From Candidatus Altiarchaeota archaeon (GTDB taxonomy: Archaea; Altiarchaeota; Altiarchaeia; IMC4; SCGC-AAA252-I15): a stretch of DNA of 64,000 nt. Of this stretch, positions 51,187 to 59,755 are shown one piece after another; position 1 is the first letter of the stretch, and each line of letters opens with the position of its first letter. The translations under genes were made by a program, and so were the position numbers. The notes under the pieces are model-generated. The model saw nothing but the letters and a program-made list of their open reading frames with translations, made no database searches and had not been told where the DNA came from. The DNA lies in contig JAZDIN010000004.1 in the NCBI GenBank assembly GCA_043804895.1, positions 8,887 to 72,886 on the forward strand, given 5' to 3'.

Positions 51187-51333
51187 ATGGTTAGGATGAC
51201 TTTCGCCATACCGGACGACTTGAAGAGGAGACTGGATAGGAGGAAGGATATCAACTGGCCTGAGGTGTTTAGGGAGGCTATGGAGAGGCGGCTGGACACC
51301 CTGGAGAAGATGCGCAGCAGAGAGGGTGTGTGA
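51187..51333 (+). CDS. Ribbon-helix-helix (CopG-like) small protein
   Basis: MVRMTFAIPDDLKRRLDRRKDINWPEVFREAMERRL follows the RHH beta-strand-plus-helix pattern. The track ORF starts at 51127. Confidence 0.5.
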   Translation: MVRMTFAIPDDLKRRLDRRKDINWPEVFREAMERRLDTLEKMRSREGV

Positions 51334-51638
51334 ATATGGCCTGTATCACGGTTAACGTTGACCAGTCGCTGAAGGAGAGGATGGAACGGTTCAGCTGGAT
51401 AAACTGGTCTGAGGTAGGCAGGCAGGAAGCCTTAAAACGGGACATCCTCGAAGGATACATACAAAACGGGAAAGTCTCGGCCGAAGACCTCCGATTCTGC
51501 GAGACAATAGACTGGCACCCGGTGGATGAACTGCCCATCAAAGGAGAATACGCCAAAAAACTGAAAGAAATCGAAAGAGGCCCCCACAGTCGGGGCATGA
51601 ACGTGAAGGAGTTGAAGGAGTGGGTTGAGGCCCGATAA
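51330..51638 (+). CDS. RHH-like putative antitoxin (paralogous N-terminus to the preceding gene)
   Basis: ITVNVDQSLKERMERFSWINWSEVGRQEALKR parallels FAIPDDLKRRLDRRKDINWPEVFREAMERR. It overlaps both neighbouring genes by 1-4 nt. Confidence 0.5.
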   Translation: MNMACITVNVDQSLKERMERFSWINWSEVGRQEALKRDILEGYIQNGKVSAEDLRFCETIDWHPVDELPIKGEYAKKLKEIERGPHSRGMNVKELKEWVEAR

Positions 51639-51913
51639 TGTTTGAGTTCTCAGTCTCCGACGAACTCTCCGAGAAATTAGGGGTTATAAAAAAGAAAGAC
51701 AAGGCCCTGTTTCTGGCTGTTGGAAAGAAGATGCTCCAAATAGCATCATCAGACCCGGCCACAGTACAACACTACAAGAACCTCCGGGGCGACCTAAGCC
51801 ACCTGAAGAGAGTGCACGTTGGCAGTTTCATCCTCACCTTCAAAGTAAAAGATGACTTAATCATCTTCGAGGACTTGGAACACCACGACAAAGCATACGA
51901 GAGAGGCGGGTAG
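51638..51913 (+). CDS. RelE/ParE-family toxin
   Basis: 91 aa. The pattern ...YKNLRGDLSHLKRVHVGSFILTFKVKDDLIIFEDLEHHDKAY matches the RelE/StbE C-terminal consensus (L.G.L.G..R.RVG.YR..Y......I.I....HR...Y). Confidence 0.65.
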   Translation: MFEFSVSDELSEKLGVIKKKDKALFLAVGKKMLQIASSDPATVQHYKNLRGDLSHLKRVHVGSFILTFKVKDDLIIFEDLEHHDKAYERGG

Positions 51914-51948
51914 TATTTATACATCATCTGTCCTTTCTATAATCTGCT

Positions 51949-52773
51949 ATGAGGATTGGTCTTGCGACGTACGCGTTCCCGGATTTGAGTGTGGTTGATG
52001 CTGTTAAGATGTGCCTCAGGTACAGCGATCATGTGCACATCTCCCCGATTTACCCGAAAGTAACGGATGATGAGATGGATGAGCTCATCGAACTTCGCGA
52101 ATACTTCGGCGCGGATTTCTCTGTGCATGCCCCGTTCCCGACGCAGGGGGAGATGGCAGACCTCGGGACGAAAAAAGGGCACGAACTGTTCAAAAGCTCC
52201 GTAGAGTTCGCCTCAAGGCTGGAGTCTGACAGGATAGTCTTCCACAGCTCAGACAGGGACAGGAAGGATGACATGATAAGGCACTCCAGGGAGCTTGTGA
52301 AGATGTGCGCAGAGTACGGGATGCTGGCGTGCTTCGAGAACAGGGCTGAACAAGAGAGCCACATAAGGAACAGAGACGACTTCCTCAGCTTCATAGAGGA
52401 CGTGCCTGGGGCGAAATTCTGCTTTGACACAAGCCACTACTACATGTGGAACAAGGACATTAACTCGCTCGCGAAGACGATAGGCGATATCGCAGACCAC
52501 ATAGGCATAATACACCTAGTCGACACGTTCCCAGGCCAGGATGCCCACATGCTCCCAGGCTACGGGGAGATATCCCTCCGGCACCTGACGCCAGTGTTCA
52601 TGAAAATCCCAGACCTCGTAAACACACCATTCATCTTCGAAGACCAGGAACCGTACGAGTACGAGAAGGGCATACTCAACCTCAGGCATGCATTCGTCAG
52701 CAAAAAAGGCATGATGGACCGAAACAAAGACGCCAGCAAAGAAGCTCTAAGAGGAGAGGGAAAACTAGATTAG
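51949..52773 (+). CDS. Sugar phosphate isomerase/epimerase (xylose-isomerase-like TIM barrel) family
   Basis: 274 aa. The distribution of VHAP, FHS, ENR and HLVD is typical of the AP-endonuclease-2/TIM-barrel family. Tentative. Confidence 0.6.
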   Translation: MRIGLATYAFPDLSVVDAVKMCLRYSDHVHISPIYPKVTDDEMDELIELREYFGADFSVHAPFPTQGEMADLGTKKGHELFKSSVEFASRLESDRIVFHSSDRDRKDDMIRHSRELVKMCAEYGMLACFENRAEQESHIRNRDDFLSFIEDVPGAKFCFDTSHYYMWNKDINSLAKTIGDIADHIGIIHLVDTFPGQDAHMLPGYGEISLRHLTPVFMKIPDLVNTPFIFEDQEPYEYEKGILNLRHAFVSKKGMMDRNKDASKEALRGEGKLD

Positions 52774-52818
52774 GTATTTAAGACTTTATGCGCTATTTTG
52801 TTGTAGTTGAGGTGATTT

Positions 52819-53787
52819 GTGATGATTGCAGTTTCTGGTTTGGGCAGGCTCAGGGTGATACAGTATTTCACCATGTCGTTGGTCTTCGGCGTCATAGCTG
52901 GCATACTCGCCCTAGTCCTTTGGTACAGCGGAGCTAGCGGCCTTGGGGGCCTCACGTTCGCGATAGTGCTGTCGTTCATCATGCTTTTCGTTCAGTGGCT
53001 AATCGGCCCCTGGCTTATCAAGATGATGACGAAGATGAAAGAGGTTAAGCCTGAGGAGGCTCCTGAGTTGCATGAGATTGTGGGTAGACTCGCCAAACAG
53101 GCTGGGGTACCGAAGCCGACCCTGTACGCCGTCAACGACCCGACCCCAAACGCGTTCGCATTCGGTAGGACGCAGAAGTCAGCAGGAATAGCAGTGCACA
53201 CCGGCCTCATGAGCATCCTCAACAAGGATGAAGTTGAGGGAGTATTAGCCCATGAGATAGGGCATATCAAACACCGCGACGTCCTCGTTATGACGATGGC
53301 GAGCGTCCTGCCCATAATGCTATACTTTATCGTAATAGTTATGGGGTCTGGGAGGGATAGGGACCGCGGAATCGGCGGCTCGCTCTTCGTATTCCTCGGC
53401 GCGCAGTTCGCAAGCTTCCTAGGCCAGCTTCTGGTGATGTGGCTTTCAAGGCAGAGGGAATACTACGCTGACGCGTACAGCGCCTACGCGACAGGGAAGC
53501 CGACCGCTCTCATGAGCAGCTTAGCCAAGATTACTTACACAATGCCAGCTAACGTGGAAAAGAATCCTGCGATGTCAGCCTTCTACATCAGCGACCCGAA
53601 ACCTGAGGAGAAGAAAGGCATGGCAGAGATAATCAACGCCATAGGCCAGGGGAACGAGCGGATGCTCGTGCAGAGTATTGAGAAGGAGAAGAAACACGGA
53701 TTCATGGAAGTCTTCATGACCCACCCGATGACAGCGAAGAGACTAGACGCGCTCATGAAAATACGAAAGGATATGGCAGTGTCCTAG
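52819..53787 (+). CDS. htpX: Protease HtpX homolog (M48 zinc metallopeptidase)
   Basis: HEIGHIKHRD (HExxH), QREYYADAY, and 4 TM segments. The ATG at 52822 is an alternative start. Confidence 0.85.
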   Translation: MMIAVSGLGRLRVIQYFTMSLVFGVIAGILALVLWYSGASGLGGLTFAIVLSFIMLFVQWLIGPWLIKMMTKMKEVKPEEAPELHEIVGRLAKQAGVPKPTLYAVNDPTPNAFAFGRTQKSAGIAVHTGLMSILNKDEVEGVLAHEIGHIKHRDVLVMTMASVLPIMLYFIVIVMGSGRDRDRGIGGSLFVFLGAQFASFLGQLLVMWLSRQREYYADAYSAYATGKPTALMSSLAKITYTMPANVEKNPAMSAFYISDPKPEEKKGMAEIINAIGQGNERMLVQSIEKEKKHGFMEVFMTHPMTAKRLDALMKIRKDMAVS

Positions 53788-55085
53788 TATCTGACCAACT
53801 CCTGATACATCGCCATATACCTTTCCGCCAGCTTTTGAGGGGAGTATTCAGAAATGACAAGCTGCCTACCGTTCTCGCCAAGACGACGTGACAACTCAGG
53901 GTCGCCAAGGAGCCTCAACATGCCCTCAGATAGTCCACTTACGTCACCTTTTTCAACTAGGATTCCTGTCTCAAGGTGCCTTACTATTTCAGGTATGCCA
54001 CCAGTCGCGTACGCGACCACAGCCTTCTTCATGGCAAGAGACTCCAATCCAACCAAACCAAGGGCCTCGCTGTATGATGGGAAGACCACATGGTCGGATG
54101 CTGCGTACATATTCCTGAGGCGTTTTTTATCTGCTGTGGGCAAAACCAGGACAATATCATCCAGCTTGTTCTGGTGTATGAAGTCAATCAGCTCTTCATA
54201 GTATTGTGTGCCGTGATCTGGTCCGACAATCACCGCCTTGAATGTGCCCCCGAATTTTTCCCTCAGAGATATGCACGCCTTGACGAAATCCAACTGCCCC
54301 TTAGGTCTGACTATCCTCGACGGATACAGTATTATCTTCTCATCCTTGACGCCTATCTCCCCCTTGAAGGATAGAGCATCCACGCCGGGCGCGTCCGGGT
54401 CGAAGAATGTGGAGTCGCACATGCTACCAATAACGACTGTATCTGAGCCTAATAGTCTGGCTGAGGGTATACTAACTCCCGTCTTACGGTCTGCAAGCTT
54501 TAGGATGGCCGAGGTTAATATTTTAGTCGCGAAAGCCATGAGACTTCTGCCAGTATATGGCGGAGTCTCAGCGTGAGAAGTGACCACGAGGGGAACGTGC
54601 TTTAGCAATGCAGGGATACAGGACGCGCTGATTGTCGGATTCACTACTGAATGGAGATTCACGACATCGATTTCCTCCTCTCTGAGCACGTCGTTTATCC
54701 GTCTGCTTAATATAACAGTCCTTCGAATACGGTTGGAAAAATCCCTATCAGTCATGTAAACTGGATGCAATGTAAGAGAGCTCCCCCCAAGAGATTCAGT
54801 CCTCCCTTCCGAGGTCGGGTCATTAGTCCTGTAGACTAAGTGTATGTTGACGCTGTTGTCCTTTAACAAAGCCGCGTTGAGGCCTTTAAGATAGGTTTCT
54901 GTACCGCCGACTCTTTCAAATGACGCCACAACCTCGAGTATGTTCATGTGCAGTTTCTGCTTGTGGCCCATGAGTTTCGCCCATTCCCTACCAGCCGGTT
55001 CGGGGAGTATCGTGAAGTCCAGCTGATCCCCATCCTTTGGTATCTGGACCGGCACATCCAACCGCTTATGGGCCATAACAGTCAA
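53784..55085 (-). CDS. Glycosyltransferase family 4 (GT-B)
   Basis: 433 aa. The C-terminal E(x)7E region reads FPSYSEALGLVGLESLAMKKAVVAYATGGIPE. Confidence 0.8.
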   Translation of the reverse strand: MTVMAHKRLDVPVQIPKDGDQLDFTILPEPAGREWAKLMGHKQKLHMNILEVVASFERVGGTETYLKGLNAALLKDNSVNIHLVYRTNDPTSEGRTESLGGSSLTLHPVYMTDRDFSNRIRRTVILSRRINDVLREEEIDVVNLHSVVNPTISASCIPALLKHVPLVVTSHAETPPYTGRSLMAFATKILTSAILKLADRKTGVSIPSARLLGSDTVVIGSMCDSTFFDPDAPGVDALSFKGEIGVKDEKIILYPSRIVRPKGQLDFVKACISLREKFGGTFKAVIVGPDHGTQYYEELIDFIHQNKLDDIVLVLPTADKKRLRNMYAASDHVVFPSYSEALGLVGLESLAMKKAVVAYATGGIPEIVRHLETGILVEKGDVSGLSEGMLRLLGDPELSRRLGENGRQLVISEYSPQKLAERYMAMYQELVRY

Positions 55086-55233
55086 TTATTGGGAATTGTA
55101 AGGAGAAATATGAGGATACATCCATGGTTTTGAAGATCACTAGGAGGAGTCATGAATAGCTTAAAACAAGTTATGTGACTTTCTCATTAGGATAGGAAGG
55201 GAGATGGCAGCATCCTGAGAATATCTTATTTTT

Positions 55234-55261
55234 ATAGTTATATTTAATAGTTATAGTTATG
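55234..55261 (+). promoter_or_regulatory. Three copies of ATAGTTAT directly upstream of, and overlapping, the vapB start; operator-like
   Basis: tttttATAGTTATAtttaATAGTTATAGTTATGg, with copies at 55234, 55247 and 55253. Confidence 0.4.
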
Positions 55262-55459
55262 GCAACTAGTGTAATGGTTAACGAGAGCACCCTCCAAATG
55301 CTTAGGGAATTGAAGGCTAGATTCCATGCCAAAAGCTATGATGAAACGCTCATGAAACTGGTGATGGAAACGACTAATGTCCCGGACTCAAAGTTCGGCA
55401 CGCACCCAAAGTTAAGGCCTTTCACGAAAGAGGACCGGAGCGTATTCCATGAGCTCTAG
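55259..55459 (+). CDS. vapB: VapB-type antitoxin
   Basis: 66 aa, overlapping the downstream PIN gene by 11 nt. Confidence 0.6.
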   Translation: MATSVMVNESTLQMLRELKARFHAKSYDETLMKLVMETTNVPDSKFGTHPKLRPFTKEDRSVFHEL

Positions 55460-55838
55460 ATACGTCATAGACTCATACGCCTGGATAGAGTACTTCAGGG
55501 GAAGCAAGGCCGGAGGGGCATCAAGGGAATACATCGAAAGCGGAGGCGCTATGACACCCACAATCGTGTTGGCGGAACTGTCAGACAAATACCGCAGGGA
55601 AAAAATAGACTCCTTAGATGAAGACCTGTTTTTCATAAAATCCAAGTCGCAGATACTCTCCTTAGATGAGGAAACAGCGATACTGGCCGGAGGACTGAAC
55701 AGTTCAATGAAGAAGGAAGTCAACGGCTGGGGCATGGCCGACTCGATAATCCTGGCCACGACCAGAAAACACAAAGCCAAAGTAGTGACCGGAGACGAAC
55801 ACTTCAGAAAACAGACGGAAGCCGTCATGATAGAGTAG
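55449..55838 (+). CDS. vapC: PIN-domain ribonuclease toxin VapC
   Basis: VIDSYAWIEY (first acidic residue), ...AELSDKY..., DSIILATTRKHKAKVVTGDEHF (third and fourth acidic residues). Confidence 0.8.
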   Translation: MSSRYVIDSYAWIEYFRGSKAGGASREYIESGGAMTPTIVLAELSDKYRREKIDSLDEDLFFIKSKSQILSLDEETAILAGGLNSSMKKEVNGWGMADSIILATTRKHKAKVVTGDEHFRKQTEAVMIE

Positions 55839-55850
55839 GAGGATACGCTC

Positions 55851-56160
55851 TACCTGTCTCGGCCGCGCCCCTCGGGGAGGGGGTCAGGAAGATGTGGCCG
55901 AGACAATGGTCTCGGACACACGCCAGAGAGGCAAGGCCAGTTAGAGGCATTTATACAGGGTAATGCATTAGTGCCGTCGAAGACGGCACAATCCGTTTCG
56001 GGAGGGTCAGGAAGAACTTGAAACTGGGGATGTGGCCTAGCGCTTTGCGCTAGGACATCAGACAGGAGCGATAATATCGCTCCTGCTGAGGGCGGTAGCC
56101 CTCCGCGGTTAAGGTGTGAGGGGGGGTTCGTGCGTTTTAACATATTTGTCCGCCCCACCG
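55851..56160. ncRNA. Candidate structured non-coding RNA(s), class unassigned (SRP RNA, RNase P RNA or novel); strand undetermined
   Basis: About 300 nt, GC-rich, between vapC and lhr. At least 7 local hairpins: ccgagac/gtctcgg, gcatt/aatgc, gtgccgtc/gacggcac, cctagcg/cgctagg, caggagcgat/atcgctcctg, gaggg/ccctc and cccctc/gagggg. A tandem internal motif occurs. The only ORF (55850..56158, minus) has a low-complexity P/G/R/L-rich translation. Confidence 0.35.
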
Positions 56161-56310
56161 GTGTTCCCTCATCGAGTGACTCGGGCTGCCGGTCGCCAGA
56201 CTTGTTTAGTCATTGTTGACGGCAGAACCATCACCCCTCAAATAGTTATGTGTTTTACCCTATTTTAATTTGTCGGTTTACTTGGGGTAACTGAGCGAGC
56301 GGGTGTTTAT

Positions 56311-58905
56311 TTGCTTGGAGTTTCCTATTTTGACGTTATGGTTGAGGTGCAGGGAGAGCCGTATGCTCGTGAGGATATTCTGAGGGAGTTGCATCCTTTG
56401 GTGAGGGAGTGGTTCAAGAGGAAGCATGGGGAGTTCTCGCTGCCGCAGCTTTATGCGATCCCTAACATCATGCATGGGAGGAGCACTCTGGTGTCGGCGC
56501 CGACTGGTAGTGGGAAGACGTTAACTGCTTTCATGAGCGTGTTGAACAAGCTGGTGGAGTTTTCGCTTATCGGTGATTTGGAGGAGAGAGTATACTGCGT
56601 CTATGTGTCGCCTTTGAAGGCTTTGAACAACGACATACGGAGGAACTTGGAGGAGCCGCTTCGGGAGTTGAATGAGTTGCACGGCAGCGACTTGGGCATT
56701 AGGGTGATGGTGAGAACTGGTGACACGCCGACTAGCCAGAGGGCTGCGATGTTGAAGAAGCCGCCGCACATACTCATTACCACCCCTGAGAGTCTGGCGT
56801 TGATTCTGTCCTCCCCGAAGTTCAGCCTGAAGCTTCAGGGTTTGAAGTGGCTTATAGTTGATGAGGTTCATGCGTTGGCTGAGAACAAGAGGGGGGTTCA
56901 ACTGAGTCTTACCATGGAGCGGCTTCAGAATCTGGCTGGGAGGTTCACGCGCATCGGTTTGAGCGCGACCATACACCCCCTGGAGAGGGTGGCCGAGTTT
57001 GTGGTCGGTTGTGAGGGGGGTAAGGTGAGGGATTGTAGGGTCGTTGACGTGAGGTACATGAAGGGTTTGGACATTAAGGTGTTGTGCCCGGTTAGGAATC
57101 TTGTTTCCGCGTCGCAGGATGAGGCTCACCACGCGTTGTATTCGCTTTTGGATAGTCTGATTCAGGAGCATAAGACGACGCTTGTTTTCACGAACACACG
57201 CGCTGCGACTGAGAGGGTGATAAACCATTTGAAGACGAAGTATCCTGGCAGGTATATGGGTGATATTGGGGCGCACCACAGTTCGTTGAGCGCTGAGCAC
57301 AGGCTTGACGTTGAGGAGAGGTTGAAGAGGGGGGAGTTGAAGGTTGTGGTGTCGTCGACTAGCCTTGAGCTTGGGATAGACATCGGTTACATCGATTTGG
57401 TGGTCCTGCTCGGTTCGCCGAAGAGCGTGGCGAGGGCGCTGCAGAGGATTGGGCGCTCGGGGCATAAGCTGCATGACAAGGCTAAGGGGAGGATTGTCGT
57501 GATGGACAGGGACGACCTTGTCGAGTGTTCGGTGCTTTTGAAGAACGCTGTTGAGGGGAAGATTGATGAGATACACATACCCGAGAACTGCCTTGACGTC
57601 CTGGCTCAGGAGCTTTATGCGACAGCGATAGCGAACGTCGAGAATATTGATAACGTTTATGAGATGGTGAGGAGGAGCTTCTGTTTCAGGAGCCTCAAGA
57701 GGGAGGAGTTCGACTCGGTACTGCATTATCTTTCCGGAGAGTACGTCACCCTTGAGGAGAGGAACGTGTATGCGAAGATTTGGGTAGATGAGGGAAGGAT
57801 GCTGATGGGGAAGAGGGGGAGGATGGCTCTGCCGATTTATGCGATGAACCAGGGCACGATACCTGAGGAGTCGTACGTCACAGTGAAGGTCGGCGACATC
57901 CCGGTCGGGAAATTGGATGAGGGGTTCGTGGAGAGGCTGAAGAGGGGGGACATATTCACGCTCGGTGGGAACCTCTACAGGTTCAACTTCTGCAGGGGGA
58001 TGGTGTGCCAGGTCGCTCCAGACAGCGGGCCGCCGACTGTGCCTTCGTGGTCGAGCGAGTCGCTGCCTTTAAGCTACGGGCTCGCTCTGGAGATTCAGAG
58101 GTTCAGGCGGCTTATGGAGGAGAGGATGGGCAAGCCGAAAGATGAGGTGATGTCGTGGCTTAAGTCTTACCTCTATGCCGACGACAACGCTGTCGGGAGC
58201 ATATACGATTATTTCAGGGAGCAGTACAGGTATTCCCTCATACCTCATGATGGGAGGATTCTCATAGAGTATAACCAGGCGTTCAAGAAGAGGTATATAA
58301 TATTCCACACGCTCTACGGCAGGAGGGTGAACGATGCCCTCTCCAGGGCGATAGCTTATGTTATTTCGAAGAAGGAGCGCAAGAACGTCATGATAGGCTT
58401 ATCAGACAACGGATTCTACCTGAGCATCCAGGGGAAGGTGCAGGCTTATAATGCGTTCAAGAGCCTGAAGAGCGGGGATTTGAGGGGAGTTCTCGTCGAG
58501 GCCGTAGACAAGACGGACGTCCTGTCCAGGAGGTTCCGCCACTGCGCTGTGAGGAGCATGATGATGCTTAGGAATTATAAGGGGTTGAGGAAGTCCGTGG
58601 GGAGGCAGCAGATGGGGGGGAAGATTCTCCTCAGCTTCGTTAAGAAGCTAGACCAGAAGTTCCCGATACTTGAGGAGGCGAGGAGGGAGGTCCTCGAGGA
58701 CCTCATGGACGAGGAGAACGCCAGGGGCGTGCTGTCAGGGATTGAGGAGGGGAGGATTGGGGTCGTGGAGGTCAATACCGACATACCGACACCGTTTGCC
58801 ATGGACCTCATAGGCCGCGGATACATGGACGTTCTGCGGGCAGAGGAGAGGCATGAGTTCATAAGGAGGATGCACGAGGCATTGCTTGAGAGGATTAGGG
58901 AATGA
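56311..58905 (+). CDS. lhr: Lhr-type ATP-dependent DEAD/DEAH-box helicase (Lhr-core)
   Basis: SAPTGSGKT (Walker A), IVDEVHAL (DEVH), SATI, VFTNTR, HHSSLS, and QRIGRSGH (motif VI). 864 aa with the Lhr WH/domain-4 length. An alternative start is at 56338. Confidence 0.85.
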   Translation: MLGVSYFDVMVEVQGEPYAREDILRELHPLVREWFKRKHGEFSLPQLYAIPNIMHGRSTLVSAPTGSGKTLTAFMSVLNKLVEFSLIGDLEERVYCVYVSPLKALNNDIRRNLEEPLRELNELHGSDLGIRVMVRTGDTPTSQRAAMLKKPPHILITTPESLALILSSPKFSLKLQGLKWLIVDEVHALAENKRGVQLSLTMERLQNLAGRFTRIGLSATIHPLERVAEFVVGCEGGKVRDCRVVDVRYMKGLDIKVLCPVRNLVSASQDEAHHALYSLLDSLIQEHKTTLVFTNTRAATERVINHLKTKYPGRYMGDIGAHHSSLSAEHRLDVEERLKRGELKVVVSSTSLELGIDIGYIDLVVLLGSPKSVARALQRIGRSGHKLHDKAKGRIVVMDRDDLVECSVLLKNAVEGKIDEIHIPENCLDVLAQELYATAIANVENIDNVYEMVRRSFCFRSLKREEFDSVLHYLSGEYVTLEERNVYAKIWVDEGRMLMGKRGRMALPIYAMNQGTIPEESYVTVKVGDIPVGKLDEGFVERLKRGDIFTLGGNLYRFNFCRGMVCQVAPDSGPPTVPSWSSESLPLSYGLALEIQRFRRLMEERMGKPKDEVMSWLKSYLYADDNAVGSIYDYFREQYRYSLIPHDGRILIEYNQAFKKRYIIFHTLYGRRVNDALSRAIAYVISKKERKNVMIGLSDNGFYLSIQGKVQAYNAFKSLKSGDLRGVLVEAVDKTDVLSRRFRHCAVRSMMMLRNYKGLRKSVGRQQMGGKILLSFVKKLDQKFPILEEARREVLEDLMDEENARGVLSGIEEGRIGVVEVNTDIPTPFAMDLIGRGYMDVLRAEERHEFIRRMHEALLERIRE

Positions 58906-59606
58906 TGGACTCTGTTGAGATTCTGCCCGGTTTTCACGCGGTCGGCCTCACGTTGCACGTTCCAGAGCATGAGGCCCTTGCCTTCGCTGACTTGCACCTC
59001 GGATTCGAGGAGGCATTGAACAGGCAGGGCGTGCTGGTGCCCAGGTTCCAGTACGCTGACATCGAAGCGCAACTTAGGGAGGCATTGGATAAGACAAGAC
59101 CGCGGACGGTGATAATCGACGGCGACTTAAAGCATGAGTTCGGGCCTGTGAGCCCACGGGAGTGGGCTGAGGTGGTGAGGTTTCTCGGAGAGGTTGGAGA
59201 TTATGAGTCAGTGCTTGTGAGAGGCAACCATGACAGGGTCATCGGGCCTGTCGCAGGGAGGGTGAGGGTGGTCGAGAGCCTCAAGTTAGGCACTACGCTC
59301 TTCGTTCATGGCCACGAAGTCCCGAAGGAGATTAAGGGAGTCAGGACTTTAGTGGTGGGCCACGAGCATCCGTGCATCAGCCTCAGGGAGGAGGGCCGCA
59401 TCGAAAAGGTGAAGTGCTTCCTTGTTGGAAGATGGAAGAGTAGGAACTTGATTGTGCTGCCTTCGATGAACTTCGTTACTGAAGGAACTGACGTGCTCAC
59501 TGAGAGGCCGCTGAGTCCACTCCTCCAGGAGGATATTGGGAAGTTCAAAGCATACGGGGTGGATAAAGGGGAGATACTCTACTTCGGCAGACTCGAAGAA
59601 ATCTAG
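58902..59606 (+). CDS. Metallophosphoesterase (Lhr-associated MPE)
   Basis: DLHLG, GDLKHEF, GNHD, and HGHEV...GHEHP. It overlaps the lhr stop by 4 nt. Confidence 0.75.
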   Translation: MMDSVEILPGFHAVGLTLHVPEHEALAFADLHLGFEEALNRQGVLVPRFQYADIEAQLREALDKTRPRTVIIDGDLKHEFGPVSPREWAEVVRFLGEVGDYESVLVRGNHDRVIGPVAGRVRVVESLKLGTTLFVHGHEVPKEIKGVRTLVVGHEHPCISLREEGRIEKVKCFLVGRWKSRNLIVLPSMNFVTEGTDVLTERPLSPLLQEDIGKFKAYGVDKGEILYFGRLEEI

Positions 59607-59740
59607 GTTCTGCCGAGCAAGCAAGACTTACAGGCCCCCCTTACCGTGATGCAGTCTTTGCAGCACCGTTTACCGCACATGGTGCACGAATAGGAGGCTC
59701 CGACCTTCCCGCAGACGTCGCAGAGTCCGGCCACTTCCAT
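59603..59740 (-). CDS. Small Cys-rich zinc-ribbon protein (45 aa), below the track cutoff
   Basis: My translation is MEVAGLCDVCGKVGASYSCTMCGKRCCKDCITVRGACKSCLLGRT, with four CxxC pairs. It fills an otherwise empty gap. Confidence 0.5.
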   Translation of the reverse strand: MEVAGLCDVCGKVGASYSCTMCGKRCCKDCITVRGACKSCLLGRT

Positions 59741-59755
59741 TTTAAGAAAGAACTA

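Noticed and set aside
55850-56158. A 102-aa minus-strand ORF in the vapC-lhr gap.
   Set aside because: The translation is P/G/R/L-rich and low-complexity, and the DNA is dominated by hairpins. I treat the region as non-coding structured sequence.
55851-56160. Assigning this block specifically as SRP (7S) RNA or RNase P RNA.
   Set aside because: On either strand I could not find the helix-8 GNAR/AGCA signature, the Alu-domain features, RNase P CR-I (GGAAAGUCC) or CR-V (ACAGAA..GGCUUA), or a terminal closing helix. One stretch (gaggcaaggccagttagagg) loosely resembles the bacterial RNase P AGCAAGGCCAAAUAGGGG region, which is not enough. The class is left open.
56521-57726. A 401-aa minus-strand ORF.
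   Set aside because: It is antisense to the Lhr helicase core. The translation is P/R/L/Q-rich with no motifs, so it is a shadow ORF.
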